Source: Octopus vulgaris
Taxonomy: Eukaryota
Direction of reading: 5' to 3'
NCBI GenBank assembly: GCA_951406725.2
Contig: OX597823.1
Coordinates: 72,168,001-72,232,000, forward strand
DNA length: 64,000 nucleotides
Shown: piece by piece, positions 12,461-24,480 of the stretch
Layout of the letters: the number at the start of each line of letters is the position of its first letter
Numbering within the stretch: the first letter of the stretch is position 1
Position numbers and translations under genes: made by a program
The notes under the pieces: model-generated
The model's database searches: none
What the model saw: the letters and a program-made list of their open reading frames with translations, nothing else
What the model was told of the DNA's origin: nothing

Positions 12461-13929
12461 AAGGTATTTAGGGATACTGTAGCTGCTGGTGATGTGCAGG
12501 GTGCAGGTAAGCTATCTTGAAAGAACCTTTGACTATAATGACGATAAACATGCGTGCAGTCGCCTTCTATGCGATACTTTTTCATCCACGTCGTCTCCTA
12601 AGTTTACAGAATGCAAAACAAAAAATACAACGTGAGTTCTTCCAAAATTTCCATCTATGGGAAAGACTTTTTCTCTCTGCTAGGAAACAACTAATGAATC
12701 TGAATTATCGTAGCTTCTGGTAGCTTTTCTGACTATCATAACAGCATCAGTGAGAGTAAGAACATCTAAAATAACATGAATCTCCAGATTCATCCTTCAA
12801 AGTATTTTCGTACTCTACTTGGAAACGAGAGCAACATTTTTCGAGTATTCTATTATAGTGCACCTGGAAATCGGTCTAAAGTTGTCGGCAAATCACACTG
12901 GGATCTCATTTCAAGTTCATTTTCAGTCATTTTATAAAGACAGGACTGGTGAAAGAACTGAAGAGAAACGTTTTTTTTTTTTCATTATTGTGAGCTATCA
13001 ATTTTGTTGGTCACATAACTTCAGATATAGTACTAAACAACCTGACTGGTTGTACAAGAGGCCGTTTACACAATGAAAATAGAAATGATAAAAATTACCA
13101 ACAAAAAAGCGAGCTGTACAACTTATTGTAACCTGTACAATATATTACCTCAGAAATATCTGATCTAATAGTTTATTCCGCTACATGGACATCATCTCTA
13201 AATAAACCGGCATTTTGTAACATTTCTGTACCCCAGAACATGATCATCTGATTAAACTAACTCTTCAACCCCGATACGTATGTGATTTTCCAGTCGGAAA
13301 ATTATTCTATCATCTTTGGAAGTATGAAACTAGGAGTTGATTCATACATCTTTAGACTATATATGTAGAACTTTAAGTTATTCCATTCATCGTTCTAAAG
13401 TTTCTTGAATTCCACTATATTATTAACAATAATAATATGTTTTCACATTGCTTCAAGTTCATATCTTTTGTGAAATGTATGTCTCTGTTATACTACATTA
13501 CTGGTATTCATTATTATCAACGATCATTAGAAGAACAGACAACTCAGGATTAAGGCACTTAATAACACTTCACTCTTTCTTTCAGTTAACTACTTAAATA
13601 ACGATTTCTATGTTCAAGTTCACACACTTATAGAGAAGTCTAACTGACTGGATCAATTGCAAAAGGACAAAATCGAATCCAGTAAGTACGAAGAGCAAGG
13701 TAGCTAAATAGGAAAGACCATATAGCTTCGTTGTGGTAGCCTACTCTGGGAAAATTTCTTATCTACTAAAATGGCTGCTGCTCAGCTCCAGCGCGAACTT
13801 AACTAATTGAGCGACTAGGAGCCGTTTTTCTTGCGAAGTGGGTATGACAAATGATAGTTTTTGGTTCCATCTCTGTTCCAGGGGATAATTAACGGAATGG
13901 TTTCAACCATGAGAGTCACTCATTTTGTG

Positions 13930-14262
13930 CGAGGAGACTATCTGAGTGAAGCTGTACATATTTTGTTACACAGAGCAAGGAATTTTCATTGTTACTCAGA
14001 TATTTATTTTTATGAAAGATATTTCTTCCCAAGATTTCAAAAGTGTGTGGTTATTTGAGAGCACCTATCAAGAATAACTGGCAGTTATTTGGCACTTTAA
14101 CTAACATCTGTAAATGGGCATTTAGTTGAGTTGTGGGCATAAGATTATCTGAGTAGCTTTGTTCATACTCTTCCTCAGCAATGCAACGAATAATAACAAC
14201 GACCCAGTCTGGAGTGTCTGGAAATTCTAGTTCCAGTGGTTTGCCTCTTACAGCAGCATGTT
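13930..14262 (-). pseudogene. Possible decayed exon
   Basis: Pyrimidine-rich acceptor TCTCTCATACTTAG (AG at 14264-14263), then phase-1 EHAAVRGKPLELEFP...W.... There is one in-frame stop at 14051 and the frame stays open to ~13920. Confidence 0.2.
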
Positions 14263-14627
14263 CTAAGTATGAGAGATATATACACAAGAAGGAAATAGAA
14301 AAGACGTGTCGACTATGTGAAACAGCGGACTGGTTAAACACTTGAAGATAATGCAGCGTAAAGGCCTCAAATATCAGCAAAATAATCAATAAAGTTTAAA
14401 CGATGTTAAAACACCTGCTCATTCTAATTTCTTCTCATATTTTTCTACATTAATTTCTCCAGCCATTTCATATTCTCTTCCTTCTTTTAAAAAAAGATAT
14501 TCATTTTTATTTTATCGGGAAAAAAAAAAAGATTTCTCTTTCAGTTAACTATTTTTGATATTGTTCTTATTGTTGGAATTATTACTGCTGTTGTCATCGT
14601 TGATGATGCAGAGTTTGTTGTTGTTTC

Positions 14628-14694
14628 CATCATCATCATCCTCATCCTCATCCTCATCCTCATCCTCATCATCATCATCATCATCATCATCACC

Positions 14695-14726
<32 letters not shown>

Positions 14727-14742
14727 CATCATCACCACCACC

Positions 14743-14792
<50 letters not shown>

Positions 14793-14825
14793 TGATTAGG
14801 ATGATGATGATGATGATAACGATGA
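14628..14825. repeat. (CAT)n/(CAC)n microsatellite followed by inverted (GAT)n
   Basis: Directly visible. Confidence 0.9.
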
Positions 14826-14834
14826 TTCTAATTT

Positions 14835-15010
14835 AAGCACAAAGCTTAAAATTAAGGTGCGGGAGTTAGCTGATACCACCCATCCCAGGATGTGACTGGT
14901 ACTTTATTTTATAGACGCCGAAAGAATGAAAGGCATAGCTGACTTCGGCAGGATTTGAAGTTAGAATATAAAAAGCCAGAAGAAATAATCAAGGAACTTT
15001 TTCCGACGCT
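14835..15010 (-). mobile_element. SINE family C, degenerate
   Basis: ACTGGTACTTTATTTTATAGACGCCGAAAGAATGAAAGGCA...CTTCGGCAGGATTTGAA. Confidence 0.65.
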
Positions 15011-15263
15011 GCTTTAATATATTTAAGAGTTGTATTTAAATGGTAATTGCTTCGCTTTAAGTAAACATTACTAGACCAAGTCTGTTAAAAAAATAAACGA
15101 AGAGAAGTGGAAAACTATTCAGGACCAAACTTGTTAAACCAAATACAGGAGAAATGTCTATGGCTGGAATCTTAGCTAGTATGTTAATTAGTGGGGCGTG
15201 AATGGTTCGCAACTATTAAATTATAAATGTAATGAAATAAGTCAACGAAGATTGGTAGTAATG

Positions 15264-15652
15264 TATTGGGTTGTCCGGAAAGTTCGTACCGATTTGTAGT
15301 AGCTTACCTTTCGACTTATTTTAGAACATGGTTGAGTCCATAAAATAAGATTTGACTACACCTCCATTTAGAGCACAATTTAAGCTATCTTTTCGTGGAA
15401 GAAGGTTTATGATCCTATAACCTGTGTTAATTCTGTAACCCTTTAAAATGGAAGATAAGAAAGTTCATTTTCGGCACTTGATGCTTTGGGAACCAGACAA
15501 AAATTGATGCAGCTCGGCTGGGATAAGTTACCCCACATTCCATATTCAACAGATATTGCTCCTTCGGATTTCCGCTTATTCAGGTCTCTGGAGAATGGTC
15601 TTAATGGTTAACATTTCAATTCCTTGGATAACGTAAAAAGATACCTTGATGA
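15264..15652 (+). mobile_element. Internally deleted mariner (DD34D) element
   Basis: TA plus TIR-like TTGGGTTGTCCGGAAAGTTCG. ATG at 15448 gives MEDKKVHFRHLMLWE, joined to RQKLMQLGWDKLPHIPYSTDIAPSDFRLFRSLENGL (the mariner YSPDLAPSD motif). Confidence 0.85.
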
Positions 15653-16545
15653 AGGCCACACAGATCATCTGTGTGTATCAGCTGTTGGAGTCTTCACCAT
15701 TGAACTATTATGCGATCGCGCATTTCGTTTCCTAGGCTTTTAAATGTAAATTAATTTTGTCACAAATAATACATTTCTACAGCTTAAGATATAAACTTCA
15801 CGATTAAAGATATAAAACTTGCCACCATATAGGTATATATTGTAATGGCCTAAGCAAAGGTGAATGAACTGTGACATTATGAATGCACTGAGCTCAGTTA
15901 ATATTCATTTAATAATTAATGATTAATGGCTGTAATCATAGGGACAAGCCGCATGTTTGCGACATGGTGGTATTTCATTAAATCGAATCCAGTATTTGAC
16001 TGCAATTCACTTCATCGATCTCAGTGGGATGAACAGTAAAGTAGAGACCAGCTGTATTTTAGCTCAAATAACATAAACTTAATTAAACACAATCATGTAT
16101 TTTATCTGAAACACTACAAATGAAGCCATCCACTAGACTGAATGTGATTTTATATTCAAGAAGTGAATTCTTTGAAGATATTCTTAACTATTATCAGTTT
16201 GAAATTATTATGTATATCTTTCATTTTAGTTAAATTGCAAAATCATCTTTTAAAGAATGTCAGGTGTGCAAGAAGATATATCAGCTTTCATAGAGAAAAT
16301 AATGCTAATCTATCGAGAGTTTTTCGTATGTGGATGCAATTTTCAATAGAAACGAAGTAGAAATACAACTTTTATCTTTGTTGCAAAGAAAACATTTGAA
16401 ATGTCTCGAAAACCATTGCTCTTTCTAATGTTAAGTTATATTATTGTCAGTGATCTGCTAATGGGTTAAGTATATACGTAAACACGTTTCAAACTTTTCT
16501 TAGTCTCACAAGACATTATCATCAATTGTTTAAATGCACACTTAC

Positions 16546-17005
16546 AGTAGAGACATAAAACTGGGGAGAGCAGTGTATTACAATCAACAATACCAAGGTA
16601 ACGGAAACTATATTGGTTGTGAATTGTGTAAAGAACGGTGAGCTTTGAAAGATCGCTCGTCTGAAAGCAACCTTTGGAATATTAGTAGAACAAAAGATAA
16701 AGCCACTCTTTTCTGATGCCGGTCTTAATGCAACGACTTTTATCAATTATTGCTGAATGGTCCACAGCGAGTTAATTTGTGCAGAAGTGGTAATATTTGT
16801 AAATATTCTATTGGTATAACAAGTTAGGTTAGTATGACTGATGCCATTAGAAATAATAGAGATTACAGTGTCGTAGATAGATATGTCTGTAGACGTTATA
16901 GAAAATTTTATAGCATTGAAATATATTTTAGTTTCGTTTTTGTATCTGATTTACAAGAATCTTGTCGCGAACTTATGTGTTGAAATGTTGGTTGTTGTAT
17001 CTCTG
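16546..17005 (-). pseudogene. Possible decayed exon of a glycosylated membrane or Ig-like protein
   Basis: About 150 codons in one frame with two TAA stops: ...NIS..NET..HTNLTCYT..NIT..SLW..SEKSGFIFCSTN...IVSVTLVLLIVIH.., ending at a perfect GTAAGTG donor (16545). Confidence 0.3.
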
Positions 17006-18846
17006 GAGGTTCATTATGTCAACAATAAATATATGCGCTAGTTCCAGTTCACTTCTTTATTTACAATTGGTTAACTATTTAATCAATTAATTAACTGTTT
17101 GTTTAAATCCTCGGTCAGTCAATCAAACAATTAGCTAGGTTTGTCAAAGTCCTTTCATCGTCATTCACGACTTCATTATTGACGTGCCATCTCTATTTAG
17201 TTAAAATTTCAACAATAATGTCTGAGCAAACAAATGACGACTTAAGTCGAGAAATAGTGAAATGAAAATATCACAAAAATGGAATAAATTATATTGCCGT
17301 GAAGACATATGGATGTCAAGCAATTCGAGAACAACATTTCATCCAAGGGAGATATCATGCGACTAGAAAGACAAGGTGAGTAGTACGGAGAGTAGGAACG
17401 CAATTAACAAGAAAGAGCAAAGAAAGAAGTGGAATAAGAGAAGGTTAGTGTTTGTAGGAGTGGTTACGATCTATGTGAGTAGAAAATCATCAGAAATGCT
17501 GTCAGATTTCAAAACTGATAAAAGAGAGGTTAAGGTGACCAAAATATTTCCACATATACACACCTGCATAAAAATGCACGTACACAAACATACACACACA
17601 CTTGCATGCATATATTACACAAATGTACACATGATATACATAAAACCTTTTTCATAATATACATACCCAGCTCTTTCTGTCTTTTTCTCTTATTGTGCAT
17701 GCACACATACACACGATCGCGCACGTGCACAGACAAGCAAACACGCACAAAAATACGCACACACACACGCACACACACACACACACACATACACACACAC
17801 ACACGATGGTTGCAACTCGATCTCGACCGGAGCTATCACTTGAGTGTTCTCTTAAATATGCGATAGGTGGAGATTTTCAGACCTATGAAGGATCACAAGT
17901 ATGTCAACAATCGATGCTTCTTGAGCTTACCACCCACGCTGACACATGCTTTCATTCTATCAAAAAATTACTCATTGAATGCTTCTCTTTTTTGGGCTGC
18001 AGGTTACTGTTGCTTGCAATTCAGAATAGAGATGTTAATAGAGATTTAAGCGATGCTTAGTGGGGAAAGGCCTTGAAGAGAGCCAGTCCCACTTTCCAAA
18101 TAACGTTAGCATTAACACCAAAAGAAGAACAAGATTACATATTTCGATGCAGACGAAAATGCAGGTGTTACATCAGAGATTCTCTTCCCTTAGAGGCATG
18201 CCTCGCTTCCAGCTGTTGGATGGGTGGTAACCCTCCTTCGTTCATCTACTCTTCGAGAGGGTTTGTTCTTTTTTGTCCTGCGGTCCGTCCAACGAAAACA
18301 CTCTTCTTAATCCCTTACATTTTCTGTTGCATTACCTTTCCAATTTACTATATAGCGAAGCAAATTTGAAACTACCAATGTATTTCACTTCTTATGACTG
18401 AAAATAATCTCTCGGCGAAAATGTTTGTTACGTAACCGCATGAAACGTGTTGTAAATGCGTTCCAAATTATGTCAGTTTTTGGTTTTTATTGTTGCTTAA
18501 ATGATATGTAGACAGGTTTATAATAATCTAGCCTATATCTGCATGGATTATACGATGACGATCCAACACGTGATTAAGGCTGGAATGTTGATCTAAACAC
18601 TGAATCTGAAATATTTGGTAAGGATCAACAAAAAAAGTACTCCGTCTAGTGAGAAATACATATTATTTAGTAAAAACAATATCTATTTTTACGTGCTACT
18701 ATTATTACATGTAATGAAAACATCTCAGACAGTATTTTTCAACACGCCTGTTGCCTTAGAGCAATCTTCAGGCAAAGCTATGATGTACGAGATGCTTTCA
18801 TCGCGTGAAACTAATAATAGCACATATAAACATATATTGTGTAGTT

Positions 18847-18902
<56 letters not shown>

Positions 18903-19741
18903 GGGGGGTGCAAGTATGTATGTGTATATATGTATATGTATATATAAATATATATATACATATATATATTTGTGTATATTTACACACACTCATGTACGTT
19001 TATATATTTATATGTGTGCATGTGTGCGTATGTGCGTGTGTGCGTCGTGTTTCCTTTTGTAATCATATGTAAATGTTATTTCAGCTTCATTGCTCATACT
19101 GCAAATGTTGACAATTTATAATTCAAAACCCTATGGACAGATCTTTATAGTTCATTCTTTGGCTCTAATTTTTCTAGTGTTTTCCACTGTATATCTTCTC
19201 TATATTACAAGACACATACTTTGTGTGATCATTTGTCTACGCTTCTCTATATTCTTTGTACTATCATGGCTGCTTAATTTAATCCCCTTGATTACCTCCC
19301 TTAGTTTTCATTGTCATCTCGCTATTTTTCTCCATTTTTATTAAATATTTTCCTGTTGCTATTAATGATATCCTTTCCCATTGTAAAGTATTAATGTTTT
19401 GTTGAGTTTTATTTAGTTGTTTCTTTTCAGAACTAATACCACTTTGATGTTGTTATTTCAAGAAGCGTCAAACAAGGCCAAAATGTATGGTTATGCGCGA
19501 GCATGTGCTTTCGAAAAGTGGTTTCTGCTTATGAAACTCTCCGAATGAATGAATACCATATCAAAGCTTACACATTGTTAGCTGTATTTTACTCATATTC
19601 ATAGAAATCAACTGCAAAAAGCGAGAGTTTCATTGTATAAGAAATATATCAACATAACAGAGTTTACTGTCATGACCTGGAATATTGTTTTCTGTGATAT
19701 CTTAATTGTGACACTATTTTATTGTAGGAAGCATGTAGTAA

Positions 19742-20034
<293 letters not shown>

Positions 20035-20804
20035 GTTTCACATACGCTTTTGTTATATCAGTCGAGGGTTAATTTCTTCCTATTTCTTCCTATTTCTTTC
20101 AGTGAGTATGACTGAAGATAATAAAACCTATCAAGAAAAATATCTTAACTTTCTCCACACGAAATAGTCATTCAGATCACGAAAGAATATATATACATAC
20201 ATAATACATACATACATACATACATATAAACATACACATACATGCATATACATACATACATACATACATACATACATACATACATACATACATACATACA
20301 TACATACATACATACATTCATAGAAGCGGTCATATGCACACGTGAACACACACTTATGCATGTTGGTATGTGTGTAGTATGTGTGTATATGGTTGTATGT
20401 ATAGATAAATAGATAGGCATATAAACAGATAAATAGGTAGATAGATTGGTGATAGGTGTACGTATCAGAACTGCCTTTTACCTATTCAGTTTCAGATTAA
20501 TTAGAAGTCAAAGCATGTCACGTAAGATGTTGTATAAATATCAGTGTAGAAGAACAAGTGGAAATTGGAGATGACCGGGATATGTTGAGCATAACTGTTT
20601 CAAATTCTTTTCGCTTAATGAATGATATCAATAGTTCAGAAATTAATATCATGCAGAAATTACATAGGGTGACGATCTAAATATTGTCTTAGAAAATGTT
20701 GAAAAACTTCTAAAATAGTTAAAGACATTGAATAAAATCTTAGCGCTGTGAGTGTTACTTTAATTAATGGATATAGAGGAAGAAGCAGCACTGTAGCATT
20801 TGTA

Positions 20805-21055
20805 GGAAAGATAATAGTTTTAACGCCAAAATTAACAGAGGTACAAAGAAAATATCTCCCTGTAATATTCCTTTTGAAATATTTATAGTCTTGGAGACGA
20901 TCGTTCTACTCCCTATTCTAAGTGTGAGAATTGTGGTTCTCAATGGCAGCAATTAGTGTAGCAGGTACTTTAGCCAATTGTAGACACTTCAGAAAGCATG
21001 ACTAGGGAATGGAACCAAATGCATTCCTATAATCAAGCCATACTCTTGCAAGGTT
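20805..21055 (-). mobile_element. R4/Dong-type LINE reverse-transcriptase fragment
   Basis: VWLDYRNAFGSIP*SCFLKCLQLAKVP and INISKGILQGDIFFVPLLILAL resemble WIDYxKAFDSVPHSW and GIFQGDSLSPLLF. Confidence 0.65.
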
Positions 21056-21074
21056 CTTACGATACTTTTACCTC

Positions 21075-21600
21075 TGTATGTAAGTACGTTCGTACGTATG
21101 TATGTATGTATGTATGTATGTATGTATGTATGTATGTATGTATGTATGTATGTAGGTAGGTAGGAAGGTAGGTAGGTAGGTAGGTAGGTATGTAGGTTGT
21201 AGGTATGTATGTATGTATGTAGGTAGGTAGGTAGGTAGGTAGGTAGGTAGGTAAGTATGTCGGTTGTAGGTATGTATGTATGTATGTATGTAGGTAGGTA
21301 GGTAGGTAGGTAGGTAGGTAGGTAGGTAAGTATGTAGGTTGTAGGTAGGTATGTATGTATGTAGGTAGGTAGGTAAGTATGTAGGTTGTAGGTAGGTAGG
21401 TATGTATGTATGTAGGTAGGTAAGTATGTAGGTTGTAGGTTGTAGGTAGGTATGTATGCATGTATGTATGTATGTATGTATGTATGTATGTAGGTAGGTA
21501 GTAGGTAGGTAGGTAGGTAGGTATGTAGGTTGTATGTAGGTATGTATGTATGTATGTATGTATGTAGGTAGGTAGGTAGGTACGGTATGTATAAATGCAT
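21075..21600. repeat. Complex (TATG)n/(TAGG)n satellite punctuated by GTAGGTT
   Basis: Directly visible. Confidence 0.9.
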
Positions 21601-22339
21601 GTATGCATATATGTATGTATATGTGCATATATGTATATATGTGTTTTATGTGTGTATGTATATATATGGTAGTATGTGCGTATGTGTGTGCTTGGATTCA
21701 TTAAGATAATGGCCATTAGTATGTAAATAGTTTAAAACAGTACTGAACAGTGAAACAGTTACATTTGTAAATAAACAAACATAGTTACTGAAACGGGTAC
21801 CTACATAGAGAAAGAACGGATAATAAAGTCGGTTGATACACAAACATATGTCTTCTCGTTTACACCCTCCATCAACAACTGTTTCAATTGTTGTCTTCCA
21901 CTTTAGTATACCTATACTAAACGATCATTATACAGAACACATTGTATTCTGAGCACATTTTAGCAATTAACTCGTGTAGATCTTGTCACGCTTATGCAAT
22001 TTGATTCTGATTTGATTTCTCTTTATTAGATCGCAAAATAATTTATTTATTATATATATTGGTGACTCCCATCCAACTCGTTTTAGATTGTTGGGTTCGC
22101 CATGGCTACAAGATAGAAGTGAGAGGTAGAGGCAAGAGACTGCATTCTTAAACATGAACGACCTGACAAATAATGTTTTACATTTCTATGTATTTATTGC
22201 GCCAGGCAGTTTTATTTACATGTGTACAACGAATTGAAAGACATACGTATTATCGTGTATGCGATGAATGAACTTTTACAATGCATGATATAGAAATAGT
22301 GTAATAATAGCTAATACCGTTATGTAATGAATGTTCCTC

Positions 22340-23180
22340 GTAACACACACTGAGGAGGACTTAAAGCTCGTTGTGGACTGCTTTTTTTAATCTACGTGTG
22401 ATGAGTTTGGGATTACAATCAGTCTGAAGAAAACTGTAGTCATTCTACGACCAGTACCTGGCAAGCCATATATCCCATTATAGATATACGTCAAGGGTAA
22501 GACGTTAGTCGTGGATAGGTTTGTCTACCTTGGTAGCACACTATGTAGATTTAATACTCTTAATCAGGAGGTCAGTCATAGATTTTCTTAAACCTGGAAT
22601 ACGTTTGGAAAGCAAGAATTTGGTCGCAATTGGACATTAAAGCAATAACGGAAGTTGAATTCTATCAAGCGGATAAGAGACCTGGGTAACCTACTTCTAC
22701 CAAACCAAACGTCACGAGCGATTCCGCTAGCGATGTTTGCGTAATAACATGAACATATCGATCTATGATTCTCAAATACTATATTTGATGGTCTGGTCAT
22801 CTTGTCCGTTTAGAGAACATCCGCATTTCAAAACAGGCATTGTAAGATAAGCTGGAACAAGGAAATCGTCCACGGTGCAAGCCATGCAAGTTTTTGAATG
22901 ACAATCTTAAAGACACTTTTAAACAAAATCAATGCCGATACTAACAACTGTAAAGATCTTGCATCAGATAACGAGCTGTGAAGGAACCTAATTGCTACCG
23001 GTGTTAAAGAATTCAAAAGCAACGAGGTTGCACACACACAGTTCAAACATTTTGACAAATGCATGAAGGATGCGAACCTTTTCCTTGAGAAGGGCTTGAT
23101 ACAGCCTCTGTCGTGTGACCATTGTGATCGTGTCTGCTTCTCAACGACAGAACTAATCAGCCACAAGCATGCCCACGGAG
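22340..23180 (+). mobile_element. RTE-clade LINE remnant (RT C-terminus plus zinc finger)
   Basis: HTEEDLKLVVDCF..CDEFGITISLKKTVV..PVPGKPY...VVDRFVYLGSTL..NTLNQEVSHRI, and later DLASDNEL.RNLIATGVKEF...CDHCDRVCFSTTELISHKHAH. Confidence 0.75.
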
Positions 23181-23466
23181 GTAAGCCTGTCTACCACTGT
23201 GATGTCCAGCATCTTTTCACGTACACCATGTGTCGCAAACTGGGTGGGTCTGTGACACTTGACATTGTAACTCCAAGAGTTCAGATGATCGGGCTGTTGC
23301 AGGAGCTGACTTGTAGTCGATGAGGAATGATTTGTAGGGCCTTGGAAGGCCTTAGAGGACATGTGCAACATCATCAGCGATCATGGGTTCGAGCAAACAT
23401 GAGATACTTCTTAGAGTGACATGGGTCTAAGAAGTTGTCTTATTCGGCCACAAGTTGACTTCCACC

Positions 23467-23497
<31 letters not shown>

Positions 23498-23854
23498 TGT
23501 ATGTATGTATGTATGTATGTATGTATGTATGTATGTATGTATATTATGTATGTATACTTACATATATATATGTGGTGGGATGTATGTATGTGTGTATACA
23601 TATGGCGATAAACGTTACCTCTCAATATAGTTACTGCTTTCATCAGTTATAGAAATTATCTCAAGCAGCTAATTTGCTTGTTGCAAGATCAGTGACTATG
23701 TGTCACATTTTTCTACAAATTATGTGATGGAGTGAACAACTGGTATCTCTGGCAGACAAAGTATCTGGCACCGAGGATGAACACAAAGAGTTCGAAACCG
23801 CACAGTCTGATGGTCTCCTGGCTGGAAGGTGAGAAGAGTTTACTCCTCTGCTCG

Positions 23855-23908
<54 letters not shown>

Positions 23909-23931
23909 TTAGAGTATCTAAGCGATACCAT

Positions 23932-24224
23932 CACGCTTGAAATAGCAGCCAAAACTTGACTCTAAAACCAGACTAAAAGTTCATATAGCACCAGGAGAGA
24001 AGACAAAAAGGCAAAATAAACTAGCAAAAAATTACTGGATAATTATAAATTTATATATATAATTTATAATTATATATAATTTATATATATAGTTTATATA
24101 TATAAAAACATAATTATTCAGTAATTTTTTGCTGGTTTATTTTGCCTTTTTGTCTTCTCTCCTGGTGCTATATGAACTTTTAATGTGGTTTTAGAGTCAA
24201 GTTTTGGCTGCTATTTCAAGCGTG
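23932..24224. repeat. Near-perfect inverted repeat (~115-bp arms) around a pure-AT spacer
   Basis: CACGCTTGAAATAGCAGCCAAAACTTGACTCTAAAACCA...CCAGGAGAGAAGACAAAAAGGCAAAATAAAC is mirrored at 24110-24224. Confidence 0.92.
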
Positions 24225-24310
24225 GTGTATATATAAGATGAAGATGAAGATGAAGGCAGGTGGGTACAAAACAAACAGATGTATTAGTATAACGCTCAGG
24301 AATAGAAAAA

Positions 24311-24352
24311 GTCTTTTACGTTTCGAGCCTACGCTCTTCTACAGAAAGGGAC
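24311..24352 (-). ncRNA. Minimal type-I hammerhead-ribozyme-like motif (A6U variant) in a Penelope-like repeat
   Basis: Minus strand reads CTTT-CTGTAGA-A-GAGC-GTAG-GCTC-GAAA-CG-TA-AAAG. Stem I is CTTT/AAAG and stem II is GAGC/GCTC. The core CUGUAGA differs from CUGANGA at one base. Confidence 0.45.
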
Positions 24353-24389
24353 AAAGAAAAAACAAGGAGAGAAAAAATGTGTGTAGTGG

Positions 24390-24448
<59 letters not shown>

Positions 24449-24480
24449 GTATTATATATATGTATAAATATATATATATA

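Noticed and set aside
21170-21580. Telomere-like repeat
   Set aside because: The motif is TAGG/TATG, not TTAGGG.
23063-23323. C2H2 zinc-finger host gene
   Set aside because: The single finger is the usual C-terminal motif of the surrounding RTE relic.
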